From Raillietiella orientalis (Eukaryota), in NCBI GenBank assembly GCA_036172245.1, contig JAYWIR010000036.1:248001-312000 (forward strand): DNA of 64,000 bases, given 5' to 3'. Of the stretch, positions 48,270 to 60,450 are shown piece by piece (position 1 is the first letter of the stretch; the number at the start of each line of letters is the position of its first letter). A program made the position numbers and the translations under genes. A model generated the notes under the pieces. The model saw only the letters and a list, made by a program, of their open reading frames with translations. It ran no database searches and had not been told where the DNA came from.

Positions 48270-49195
48270 CTCAGTGCCTTTCCGCGCATCGAGTTGCTGC
48301 TTTTTTCCTGCTTCCCACGAAGGAACACGCGAGGATACGCCGCGGAGCAATCGAAATCTCCGAGCTCCGTCCTCGAGTTAAACTGACACGGTCATTGTCT
48401 CGACAGCCTCGCCATTTAGGAAGATTCGTGACCGCAGCCTGCCGAGGACGCGGAACCGTGCCCGAGCTGACCGCGGACGCTACGCGTGCCAAGCACCCCA
48501 GTCGGTACCTGCCGAGGCCGCCCGTCCGCCCCATCCCCGACCGGCGTCGGTTGCGTCGGAGAGATCTTCTTCCCTTCCGCTGTCGAGGAATGGCGAATGC
48601 GAGGGACGTTCTGCGGGAAAACCGTCGGCCAGTGCAGACCCATCGCACCCCGGGGATGCTTTTCTCGCACCGCCAGGAGCGAGCAGCCGCTTCCCTGCAA
48701 AGGGGCGAACGGAGGCGGCGGCACTGCAGTTCTGCACCTCCGGACTCGGCTGCCCAGAGACCACGCTGCGGTCGGGCGATGGGGAATTCCCGAAACATCG
48801 GGATGGGGCCGAACCCGCGACCTCCGGGTCGAACGATCCGGGGTCGCGAACCACCACCGCACGCGCGGACGGGGTACTTCGTGGGCCAACCGTCCACGAG
48901 GTGCTCCGCGAGGGAGAGGAAGTGGGACCCCTGTTCCTGCAGAACTTTCAAGGGGCCACATGATGACCAGCGCGACCGATTTCGAACCGGCCCCACGAGG
49001 ACGCGGCGCGAGGGTGGTAGGGGTTCTTTCCCAGTGGTGCGCACGCGCGTTGAGACACCACCGCCGAAGGACGGTTGCGATCACAATCTCGAAAGATTGA
49101 GGGGAAAAAAAAGAGGAACACGTACGTGTTTATTCCGCATGGGTTTACATACAAATTTATTTTTTTAATGTGCATAGTCATTCCTATTCATAACC
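48270..49195 (+). mobile_element. Degenerate R1-clade-like LINE 3' end
   Basis: AKHPSRYLPRPPVRPIPDRRRL, CRPIAPRGCFSRTARSE (cf. QRxxALRxxxAYRTxS), RWGIPETSGWGRTRDL (cf. W...GRWT) and RTGYFVGQ...DPCSC...H (cf. TGHG...CxC...H), followed by an AT-rich tail. Confidence 0.5.
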
Positions 49196-49444
49196 TACAT
49201 ATTATGAATAGGAATGTTACCGGTAACATTAGTGGAAAAGGGATATTTTATTTAGGTTCATCGTCATACATTTTGGTAATAAAATTAATGAGTTGATTAT
49301 ATTGTTGATATATATGTGAAACATTATAAAAACTAAATATATATGCTTGTTACATATACATCAATATTTATAGATGATTATAGATATGTGTGTAGATGTA
49401 TGTAACTGTGTCTGTAGCGATCATATTGCTGTCAATAATATGAA

Positions 49445-50300
49445 CGTTAATAAATAGGAATAACTATGCATTTGAAAATAAATTTGTACACTGATCCGTG
49501 TACAATAATCGCGCGCACGTGTTTGATTTTTTTATGATCTTTCGTGGCCTCGATCTCCCGGGATGGAGTTGCAGGTGGTCGGGACGGGAAAGAGACGAAC
49601 GCCACTGCAGAGGAAGGCTCCTTCCCGCTGCGGGTCGCCGTGGCCCCGCGAGGGCCCGAAGGCGGCGGAACCTCTTCCGTGGAACGGGAGGGAGCAAGCG
49701 GCGACCCCCACTCTTGGTCCCGAGCTCGCGGGAGCCAAGCGGCGCGGGAGGGCACTCCGGGGAGCCTGATGCTGCCGACCCTGATCCGCACTGACGCGCT
49801 CCGGGCTCGTCGCGACGGTCGCGCCTTCCTCGCCGCGTATCGCCGACGTCGGGCCGAAAAGCCCGGATGACGGCAGCCCCACCACCAGAGCGCGCTCTCC
49901 AACGGGGGCTGTCTCAGCTGCCCCGCCGCCACGGGCGGCAGGGGAAGCCCTCGTTCGTTTCCGCCCGCCCACGCGCTGGGCACCGCGTTTTCCGCCTCGG
50001 GGTGATTCAGAAGGCCCGCGGAGATGAAGAGCCACGCAGCATCTCCGTGACGGCGGACCCGTCGTCGTCCGGAGGCGGATTCTTGCACCCGGGCGAACGC
50101 GCACGAGCGCACGCAAAGTACATCGCTCGCCGCGCCACGCATGTGCGCCGCGAGCGCTGCTGCGGGACGCGGGCGCTCCGCCACAGCGCCTTTACCGTTC
50201 CGCCGGCGACTTCCGGTAGTGAATGGCAGCCCTTCGGCCCCAGCGAGGCGCCCCTCGACCCTCCTCCGCCGGCCTGGCATTCCGCGCTCGCCCTCTCTGC
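49445..50300 (-). mobile_element. Second R1-like 3' end, tail-to-tail with 48270-49195
   Basis: The reverse complement of 49446-49555 aligns with 49080-49193 (aacacgt...tacaaatttatttt...tgcatagt.attcctatt), with weaker similarity further out. Confidence 0.45.
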
Positions 50301-50444
50301 GGATCGACCCTCTCCACTCATCGCACGTGTCCTGGAGACAGCTGCCGCTTCCCCCTCCCATCCTTCGCATAACTTGCCGGGAGCCCCGCGCGGAGTTCTC
50401 GGGCCGAAAAAAGAGGTGGCGAAACCGGCGAGGTCCAGCCTCCT

Positions 50445-50490
50445 CCCTGGTTTTCGAGTCCGGGAGCGCTCCCGGACTCGAAAACCAGGG
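50445..50490. repeat. Perfect 46-bp spacerless palindrome
   Basis: ccctggttttcgagtccgggagc|gctcccggactcgaaaaccaggg reads identically on both strands. Confidence 0.97.
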
Positions 50491-51509
50491 CAGAGATTCG
50501 ATGGTTCTCCCGAGTTCCGGCAGGCGACGCTCGAAGCGCGCCGTGGCCCAGGCGCGGAGCCACCGTCCGCCGTCGTTCCTCCGCCCACTCGTGCCCGGAT
50601 ACGGAAATTCCGTTCCGCGATCTCCTCCGAACCGGAAAAAAAAAAAATTCCTCCGTCCCGTCCCTGTCCAAGCATTCGGAGGACAGACGAACGGACGAAC
50701 ACGTGGCGGCTTCCGTGGTGTTCCTGAGCATATGAAAGTAGTAGTCGTGGGATTTTTCACCTTCTGCTTCCGGAGGATGGGATTTTCACCCGTGTTTAAA
50801 AAAAAAAAAAAAAAACAGAAAGGCGAATGTTGGGGGGGGGAATGGGCCATTGATGTCGGTGCTCAACTCATAACAAGACGGTAGCTGTGTGCGTGTGAGC
50901 GTGAATGTCGAAACGCTGCGGCGCATGCGAAAGGACGGTTGTTTCACCACTGCAGAGGAGAATTTTTCTTCCTCATCCGGTGGGGCGTCGTCCTGTGGCA
51001 ACCAACGCTGTTCCCAGCTTCGACGGCAGTGCCAGAGACGCCGCAGTCCCGCATGGACATCCCGAACCACACTGCCAGGGACAGGAAGCCGCCGGAGGAT
51101 CGCACGCACGAAGAAGCAGCAGCGCTCTTCCTCAAGGTGAACTAGCTGGTGGTTTCGAGCGTCTTCGCGGCCGCCCCTGATCTCCTGGACGCCTCAGGCC
51201 AGCCAGGCCCTACGAACGCTTAGCTGGCGCGCAGACCACCGGAAGTTAGCGGCCCTCTCTTTGCCCCAGCGATGCGACCACCACGGTGCCCCTCTTCGGA
51301 AAGCTGGAAACCAAGGAACCATCAGCGCCGGACCGGTCTGGCTGGCGCGGTTCGAAAGCACCACGAATGGGGCACGGCATGCCGCCTCCTACGGTTCTGC
51401 CGCGAGCCGCTCAGGGCAGTCTGTAGCCAGTAGAGGCAGCACCTCCCGCCCGCCTTCCAGGTGCGCATCCTGCCCATCACTGCCCCTTAAGGTCAGTCCA
51501 TCCGTCTCC

Positions 51510-54500
51510 CTGTTTATTCATTGGCCCTTCCTTTCAGCTTCCACTGCGCTCCCTCCCCTCCCTTCCCCCCATTAATTGTTCCTGGTGAGGTTCGGACCTT
51601 TCCGCTTCCGATGAGAAGAGCCTGCCTCGCCCTTCCTTCCGGTGTCGGCGCTCTTCGAGACCATGAGAAGCATTGGAGGCCGCCATTTGCCAGAAGCACG
51701 GAAACCAAGGAGACGCCATGATCCCGAGCGGGGCCACGTCATCTCGCTTGCCACGATCCCGGAGATCACCCATGATTTTCATATTGCACGTGCGGAGCGC
51801 ATTGACCAACGTCGCTGGAGCCACAGGGGGAGGACCGGCAGGGAGACAGGGAGAGGACCGGATGCGCCCGTGACACCGCCGTCAGTGGCCATCCTCGATC
51901 TACCCGCACGCGCTTCTCCGATCCCTCCGTTGCGGAGAGACGGATCGGCTTCGGGAACACCGCGACAGGCTAGGGCTTGGGGCGGTCGGGGAGGCCGGGT
52001 GACGAGCAGAGATCTCTCCCCAGATGTCCTCCAAAGGGATCAGGACGTCAGCGAGGGTAAATCCCTCGTGGGATCGCCGGGATCGCAGAACGATCAAACA
52101 CTCCGGGATCTGGTAATCCCCCGATCCCATCGACGATCGCCCAAGGAAATGCACAGGAGCAACCGGAATCAGATGCAGTGGAACGTCCTCTGGGCGCCCC
52201 GCCCAAAGTCTGCCTCTCGCGGTGCTCCCGAAGACCAGCTGGAGATCCTACTCACGGAAGGAGCGGATCGATCTAGCCGATACGGAGGTGATTTCACTCC
52301 GAGCCCGGGTTCGCAGCTCGGAGCGGAACGTCCCCCATCCACCCGGGCGTCGGGCGCCTCGGCGACTTGGACTTTCCGGTTCGGAAACGCGCAGCCGAGA
52401 GCGAGGCAACGGTTCGAACCTCGGCGGCGAGCTCTCTCCCGGATTCACCGCGTAGAACGTTCCCTTCGCTCCTGCTGAGTTGGAGGAGCGGAGGGGAGGA
52501 GGTCCGAACACGCGGGCGGGTGCGGAGGAAGAAGAAGAAGCTGAGTCGAAGACCTCGATGGTGGAGGCAGGCTATCGGATCCTCCGCCTGAAGAGCCACG
52601 AGCGTGAAGCTATGCGGGGGAAGGGGGGAGAAGACCGCGGAAGTGACGAATGAAAAGCCTCCGTCCTCCCTCGCCCCTTCTCCAACTTTCCCGAAAGATT
52701 GCGTTTGCTTGCTCGGAACAAGCAGCCCCCGCCGCGCCGGGACGAGGGGGAGGAAGGTGGTTGCGTCGTCTCCCGTTCGAGTGGCGGTCAGCGTAGGAGC
52801 GATCCCCGTTGTTGTACGCAGTTTCCGAGTTGGCGGTTTTTCGCTCTCTCGTGGTGTACGCGCGGGGGGGAGGGATGGCGCTGGCGGTTTCGCTTCAAGC
52901 CACCACCCCCTTCCCCCCAAATGTCCGGGAGGACGAGGAGCCTTCTGCTCCTCCTGCAGCCGGTCGTGCGCTCCTCGAGAGCGCGGAGGGATGGCGGATA
53001 GCGGCAGCTCTGCTCTCTGGCGGCTCGCGAAGCTCTTCGGCGCTGTCGACGCCATCCGAGGGCGCGTCTCAACTCTTCAAGTTAGGGGGGGGAGGGCCAC
53101 ACCTCTCCCCTAACTCGTCTTCGTGGTGCTCCCCACTCTTGAGATCGGATCCATCACCTGGTTGGTCAACGGGGAAGGACCTTCCTTCCGACCACGCCGT
53201 TCCAGCCCCATTTTTCTTTTTTTTTTCTGCCCGAGAAGTTCTCTCCGAGGGCGTGGTTTTTGAGAGATTGTTCTCGACGACGAGAGAGAGTTTGAGGAGA
53301 TTTTTTCAACGCCCCCCAAAAGGATGGGGGAAAGGACGAAGAATCCTTGAGCGACACTCACTGCAGGGGCCATTCGGGGTCGTGCGCGTTCCCCAGCTTC
53401 CGTGTCTTCCTCTCTCTCTCCTCCGAGCGGTGCACTCGATCACAGTGGCTTCTTCGGGGAAGATCGGGGCTGCTGCCGAATCGAATTTCCTCTCCGCGAG
53501 TTTCTGGAGTGCTGCCTGACTGAGCATTCCTGCCCGGAAAGAATTTCCGGCAGGGAGAGGCGGCCGCCTCCGCTGCCCTGATTCTCTTCTTTGGCGTTTC
53601 GTTTCCCCCGAGTTCACGGGAGGGAGCGCGCCGACGGGAGGAGAGAAAAGGACATGCGAGCACCTCGTTGCTTGGCGCCGAGAGCCCAAAGAAGACCGAG
53701 AGTCAGGGCGCCACGATTCCCCGGCCCTCGGCGTCCCTCCTCCCCCTTCGAGAAGCGGTTCGCCGGTGAGAGCGCGTGCTCCAGGAGGTGGAACAAGCAC
53801 GCGATCGTCAGGTGGACGCGGGGGGGAAATGGGGCCGCCGTCCCCCTCCGTCGTGCTCCATGGAACCGGTGGATCAATACCTCTCCAGAGGGTGGAAGAA
53901 CTTTCGGCCGCCATAGCAACCGCGCACGGCTCGTGCTAAAATGTTGCGGAGACGCACTGCCGCCGTTGGTCGGCAACCAGTGGCAACGGCGCTCAGTTGG
54001 TGCCGAATGAACGAGCCTCGACACGGAACCGGGGCTCTGGAAACCGACGCTCCCTGACTCCACCAAAGACGCAAAGACATGCAACGCGCGCCCGGTAGCA
54101 TTGGCTTGCCGGAAACACCCATTCTTGCGTCATTCACTCGTGGATGAATGGACGTGGGTCTCATAGTGGTGCGAGTCTTCCTACCAAGATGGCCCCACCA
54201 TTCGCGGAGATTATTCTCAGCTTGAAAGGGCGCACGCGCACGCATGTTCTCGTTGCCATGTGGTTGTGGTCTGCCCGCGCGCGTGGTTCCCCGTCGTCGC
54301 GGGGTTTGAACCCCACCCGGGGGAAGGATGGATGCCGGAGAAAGGGGGGCGCGTCGTGAGTTCGAGTGCTCGCCCCGCGAGATGACACTGGCTGTCCTTA
54401 GAGGCTTCGGGTGCGCCACTAGTGGAAGCCGGACTCTCACGCTGACTGACCGGGATTTGGAAGTCGACCTTGCGGAGTCCTTCCAGGAATCGACAAGCTC

Positions 54501-55250
54501 ATCCGGGTTCACCCTCCAGCTGAGGAAATGCGACAGCTGTCCTCCTCCGCCGCGCACCATGGAGCCGGTAGATCGACGCCTCCCCAGAGTGTTAAGAAGA
54601 GCGCTGCTCCCTTCGAGATTCGCTTCACAGGAGGACAGAACAAGTAGCGGTTCCCTTCGGAGAGAATAAGGAAGAGGGTGGTTCGGGGTTCCCTTCCTGA
54701 GCGCGAGAGGAACGGATTCCTTCCTCCGGGCCCCTTCCTGGATTCAGAGGGTGGTGCTCTCCCAGGGTACCCCCTATAACTTGCAGGGTTACCAAACGCA
54801 CCCTCGGGTGGCATGGGCAACGTCAAAGAGCTTGGCGAGCTGCCAGGGGGTGCTTGGCGAACCAAAAAAAAAGGAAAGAAAAGCTGGAAGTCAGGCAGCG
54901 AAAACAGGAAAGATCTCACGCATCTTCTCGAGAGGTGGAAAACGCAAGTCGGACGCTTCCTGAGGCACAGCGACGGTCACATGCATGCATATGACCTGCG
55001 ATCCGTCTGACCTGACGTGGATCCAGGCGATCCCAACGTGCACCCAGAGAGTGCAGGGTATGTGGAGGGTCTCGTTTGCCGCTGGCATGTGGGTGCAGCC
55101 ACCGACGGGTGCGCCACGTTGACACGAGCTTAGTCAAAGAAACCCCAAAACCGCACGCGAGCCACCAGGCACGCAGTTCGGCCACACGTCGTGGTTACGC
55201 GTACGCCGCGTGTCCAAGCGCACAAGAGGAAAGGAAACACGGATGTGACC
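51510..55250 (-). mobile_element. Long degenerate L1/Tx1-like element (APE endonuclease, RT and zinc-finger remnants)
   Basis: KLVSTWRTRRWLHPHASG...HTLHSLGARWDRLD (APE C-terminus, cf. LxDxWRxxHP...YT...SRLD), GGVRERRFPEPRF (~54030-54065, cf. GVRQGxPLSPxLF), CG*IEDGH*RRC (~51870-51910, zinc finger) and minus-strand AATAAA at ~51514, in the correct order. Confidence 0.55.
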
Positions 55251-55790
55251 GGTAGGACGTTTTCCAGTTGCTCCCGGAAGGCACGCCTCGTTGGGCGGAG
55301 AGGGACATGTTCCCTTGGAACGGACTCGGGCCTTCGAGAATGACCCTCTGTGAAAGGCGCGCGGGTGCAAGGAGGTCAGGCCGGTCGCAGTTGAGTTCCG
55401 AAATGTGGAAATCGCGATGTCTGCCGGGGTAGGGGAACTCGCATGTGAGTGCACCGCTCCGAAGTCAAGGAAAGCACAGATTCTGCCTGTAAGACCAGCA
55501 GCATCAAATGGATGCTCACACAAATCCCGAAACGCTTGAAGCAAGCCAACACACACACGCACGCACTCACACATGTGCAGGAGGTTAAACCAGCAAATGG
55601 AAGGGAAGTTTCCAGACTTTTTTTCCGATAGCTCAAAGAGAGCTCTGAATGCTGTACAGATGGTAACTACACATCTCTGTTGATGGTACATACAGACGAC
55701 GCCTAAAAATCGTGCTCTGTGGTTCGTTTCATTCACTCATGCCTTGACATTATCGTCAGACGATTTGGACAATCACTGTATATGTATCTA

Positions 55791-56711
55791 CGAGGCGCAC
55801 CTCAAAAGTAAGGGCTGATCGGATAGAAAGAAATAAGAGACAAAGAAAAAAGTGTTGGTGGTTCCAAACACGTGCATCCCCATGTCACTTTTCCAAGTAG
55901 TCGGCATTTTTTTCCAAACACTTCTGATACCGTGGAAGAAACTCCTCTGAATGAAGTTCCTCCGCCTGGGAGTTCAGCCGGTTCAGCAGCACCGCAGTTT
56001 CCCACTCCTCCCTTTCCCCCCCGAATCGTCGAGCCACTTCTGGAGGTGCAGGAAGACGTGGTAGTCAATGGAGGCGATGTCAAGACTGCAAGGTCAAAAA
56101 GTTCGCATGCGAATTTCGAAATTGTCTGGAATGTTGGGACAGCATGCGTTGCCAAGGCGCGCGTTGTCGTGAAGGAGAAGAACAATTCCTGATCTCAGCA
56201 TTCCACGTCGTCGGTTCTGCTGAATGGCACGCCGCCGCTTCGAAAGTGTTTTTCACAGAGGACTTGCGAAGTGGTGGTCATTCCAGGCTCCACAAAGTCC
56301 ACCAAAAGCACACCCTTTCGGTCCCACGCACTGCTGTCCTCACGCTCCAGACAATTCAGAAATTCAAATGGGAACTTTTTGATAATCCACCTTACAGTCC
56401 TGCACAGTGGCTGCCACGTCTTCCTGCACCTCAAGAAGTGGCTCAACCCCTCGAATTGGAAAGGGAGGAGTGGAAAACTGCGGTGCTGCTGAACCGGCTG
56501 AACTCCCAGGCGGCGCAATTTCATGCAGGCGGTTTCAAAGAGCTTCTTCCACGGTATCAAAAGTGTTTGGAAAAAAATGGTGACTACGTAGGAAAAGGAC
56601 ATAAGGATGTTTAAGAATGTATGTGTTTCGCAGCACTGATACCTTTTTATATGTATCCACTAATGCCTTGATCAGGTATCCGATAGGCCCTTTCTTTTGA
56701 GATGCGCTTCG
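55791..56711. mobile_element. Non-autonomous mariner-derived foldback element
   Basis: TA at 55789-55790 and 56712-56713. Imperfect ~35-bp TIRs cgaggcgcacctcaaaagtaagggc / gccctttcttttgagatgcgcttcg. Transposase motifs WDRKGVLLVDF and LLHDNAR on the minus strand; FKWELFDNPPYSP and RYQKCLEKNGDYV on the plus strand. Confidence 0.92.
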
Positions 56712-57277
56712 TACGTGCTGCTTGCGTACCGATACCGCGGAGAATTAAACATACGTGTCGTATGTGATTTGTTGGTACTCCGTATCACAAAATTGGTATT
56801 TTTTTTTTATTCCAAGGACGAGCATTCTGAATGTCATTTCCGATATAGAAGCCTTATGCGAATCTGCGTATTTGCCCGTGCTTTGCTCCTTTCAACCAGG
56901 GGTTCCGTGGCAAATCCACCAAGTCCTCATGTGCACATCCTCACGGAAGGAAAGGGAACCAAATGGCCTCGACACGAATTGTTTCATTTGAATTCCGATC
57001 AAAATTCCATCCATGGTTACTGCCCCCTGGCTTCTGCTCGAACTCGTTAATTTCATATGGATAGATCGTGTGTTTTCTCATCGGAACAGACTGTTTTCCT
57101 GCTGCGAGTTTTTGCCCCAGTTACCATGGTTTCCCATTCCTCGTACAGTTAGCATGTCGAGACCAGCATCCGAGTAATCACCGCGAGGTACAATTATTTG
57201 CCTTGAAAATTGTGCAAAATGGCGATTGGCTCCCAGATATTTCCTGCTTTGTGAATACTTAAAAGCGAGCAAAAGTT

Positions 57278-57286
57278 CACACACAC

Positions 57287-57367
<81 letters not shown>
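57278..57367. repeat. Compound (CA)n(TA)n(GA)n microsatellite
   Basis: Seen directly. Confidence 0.97.
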
Positions 57368-57370
<3 letters not shown>

Positions 57371-58749
57371 CTGCTGCTGTATGTCTAATGGAATATCAGA
57401 CACGCGGAATATCGATGTTTTAATAGGAAAATGCGACCATACGCGTGATGTTTCTGTCCTTTTCCCATCCTCGTTTAGTCGACCTTCCTCCTTCACCTTT
57501 ATCGAAAGAAGTCGGAGATGCACTTTAGGTCAGTTCTGTAGATGTACCTACTATTTGTCGGCCCACGGCCATCACATAATCGAGGCACGAGAAGACCTGT
57601 GTGTGTGTGAGAGAGAGAGAGAGAGAACTGTTTGTGTGTCTCACACCGCACATGCGTGATTTGGCACGCAAAAGGCTTAACGCTTGTTCGGCGGTCCGTT
57701 TTCGAAGGCAAAAGCGAAAGTGACCAGGAGGAACCCAACGGCACCAGCGTGTCACGTTGTGAGAGTTGCCTGAGGCATCATCCGGTGCTGCTACATTGCC
57801 GGCTAACGATCACCACACCGGGAAGTCGCGTCCTTCTTACGCCAAGGAGCACACAGCAGGGATTTCGACTGCAGCCTGACCGACTGGCGAATCATTCGGG
57901 AACGTGCCTCCCTACCACGAAGGGACGGGAAAGTTGGCCACCTTCCTTGCATTCCCTCTCGAAGCTTCCTTTTGCCACCTTCTGCATCACCTGCCTCGGC
58001 CACTCTTGGGTTTCAACGGCATCTTCTGCATGCTCAGAGCAAAGGAAAGGAATCGATTGTTACATCTAAAAATAACTCTTCCTTGGAACGGAAATAGATT
58101 ATCGATTCGCTTCCGGGACTTCGATTGTTGCCGGAGTGATTTCCAAACGAGACTCTGTCGCCCCGAGCGGTTGCGACACGAACCACCGCGGTAAGAATCA
58201 CACGGCATCCACCACGTCCTCCCTTGGCGATTCATCTGAGCCGGATGGAGATGGATGCGTTTATGGTAGGTGACGCTTCCCTCGGAACGGCTCCACGCTT
58301 TGGCGGAGTACACGCGTGGCATGCATGCCTCGAAGGTTTATGGGCCCTCGCACGTCCGAAGGCGCGCGAGGGACTTCGGAGGCACCCGTGTGTCCCCTCT
58401 GTGCGCGTGCCCGGGGTTTATTGCCGCTTTCCGGAGGGAAAGGGCGAGGGGCACGCTCTACGACGCTGCCGCAGGTACAGCCACACGAAGAAGTCTGAGA
58501 ACCAGGAGCGCGCACCGTGGAAAAGATAGCTGGGGAGCCCAAGAAAAGGTGCTCCCCGCTGCGGAAGCGCCACCGTCTTCCATTCCGAAGCTTCAGGTTC
58601 TGCGGAGAACAGCTCTTCACCCGCTCTCGCCGGACGGGAAAGAAGGAAGAAGGGAGGAGGAGGAGAGGAGAGGACCAAGAGAGGAGGAAGGGAGATCTGG
58701 AGGAAAAGGAGGCAGAGGGAAGAAAAGGTTCGCTTTCCACTTACACATC

Positions 58750-59750
58750 TGGCGTGGTCGATCCGCAGGTACAGGCGGTCTCCTTGTAGGGGCTTTTTTT
58801 GTTCAAGGCGAAGGTCCTTCAGCTCCTTGGAGATGTTCCTGAGGAATTCGGTGGCCGTCGGCCCCTTCTTCTTCATCAACCGGTGCCGGAGGACCATGTT
58901 GCGGATGGTGGTGCTCTTCGAGCGTTGCCTTGGACATGCCTTTCCGTTCGGTTCCTGCCTGACTGTGGCCTCCATCACGGTCCGAAGCCTGAAAGACACA
59001 GAAGAGGCGAGGAATTTCCATTACTGGTCATTTCCATACCCTTTCTCGGGATCTCTCTTCTCCCTATCCCCGGCGGCTGGGATGGGCTTCTTCAGTTCAC
59101 GGATCTGTGGGATGTCGCATCCCCCCCTCGCTCCGGAAGAGACCGAAGGACGGTCTTTCCGCCTCCACGTTTTCGGAGGGCAAGAAGGGGGCCGGGTTCG
59201 GTCGTGTTCTCCCTTTTCCCTCCTTCCCAGACCCAAGACGGAGGAGCGGAACCGCCTCCTCCTCCCTGAGGGGATGTTCCCTTGGACGAAGGGTGCTGCA
59301 AGAGCTCTCTCTCTCCCTCCTTCCCCCAAAGTCTTCCCTCCTTCTCGGCTCCTCCCGTCGCGCCCTGCGCTCCCCGTGTGTGCGCCGGCAGCCGCAGGCC
59401 TGCCCATGGAAGAAAGTTGCGCCAAGGAGGCTCCACTACCACCGAAAGACAGCGCCACCTCGCGAGAGGAGTTGAGGGAGACAGCAGTGGCTCCCCGCCT
59501 GCCCAGGAGAGCGAGCTCCGATATCTGGTACACGCAGCTGGGGTGGAATATTAGGCCGGCCCCCGCGAGTCCCGTGGGTCGCCTCTCCACGCCGCTTGCC
59601 GAAGCGTCCGACGGTCTCTGCATATAGAGCATTCGAAGGTCGCGTGCTGGACCTGGAGGGCAGGAATAGAGAGGTCGGGAGAACGGGGGAGGGGGAAGGA
59701 AGGTCGGCAGAATCCCCCCTCCACCTTCCACTCTCCTCGGGCGTGCCACA
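58750..59750 (-). mobile_element. Degenerate L1/Tx1-like ORF2 fragment
   Basis: GNDQ*WKFLASSVSFRLRTVMEATVRQEPNG...RSKSTTIRNM resembles NxDYKILAKxLANRLxxVLxxIIxxDQxGF...RSIxDNIR. FVQGNIPSG lies upstream. Confidence 0.55.
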
Positions 59751-60231
59751 GGTCCAGGGGCGGACCGAGAGCTGCACTTAGACAGGAAAGCATCCCTCGC
59801 TCTCGGGAAGGACTCCTGGCAGGCCCTAAGCAGAGACCCTAAGGAAGGAGAGGGACTCGCGGCCCTCCTGTAGACCGCAGGGAAATCCCTTATTCGCAGT
59901 TCCTCGTGGGGATGGAGGTAGAGAGAAGGGACCTGGTCTGCTTCCCCTCCTTCGCTCCCTTACAGGTTGAACCCGAGGACCTGCTCTTCACCCTTCTCGA
60001 TTCTGCGGCGAATTCTGGGGGCAGCAACACCTGGGATCGGTCGGTTCCTCATCAGGCGCGAACCTCCTTCCTCCGGATCCTATTGGGGGAGGGATATCCC
60101 TATACTATTCCCTTTTCTTCTTCCTGTTCTTCCTGCTGTAACGCTTAGGATGGCGCCGGCTGTAACGCGAGGGACGCACGGAGACAGCTGTTGCCTCAGC
60201 AGCAGGCCCTCACGAGTCCCAGCCGGCGTCC

Positions 60232-60450
60232 TCAACAATAATGACGGCGGCAGAAGCAACAATGACGGAGGGTAACAATCGCAGTGGCAACAATGGGACA
60301 GCAGTGGAAATGGAAACAACGAGAACCACCGGAAATAGCACCGACGAACAGCAAACAACAATGATGACAACGACAACAATGATGTCGATGATGAGAACGA
60401 CGGCAAGAATAGCCGGAATGACGATCCGACAATGCAGAGAAACAGTAGCG
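60232..60450. repeat. Degenerate AAC/AAT/GAC low-complexity tract
   Basis: Repeated caacaatgac-like units. Confidence 0.75.
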
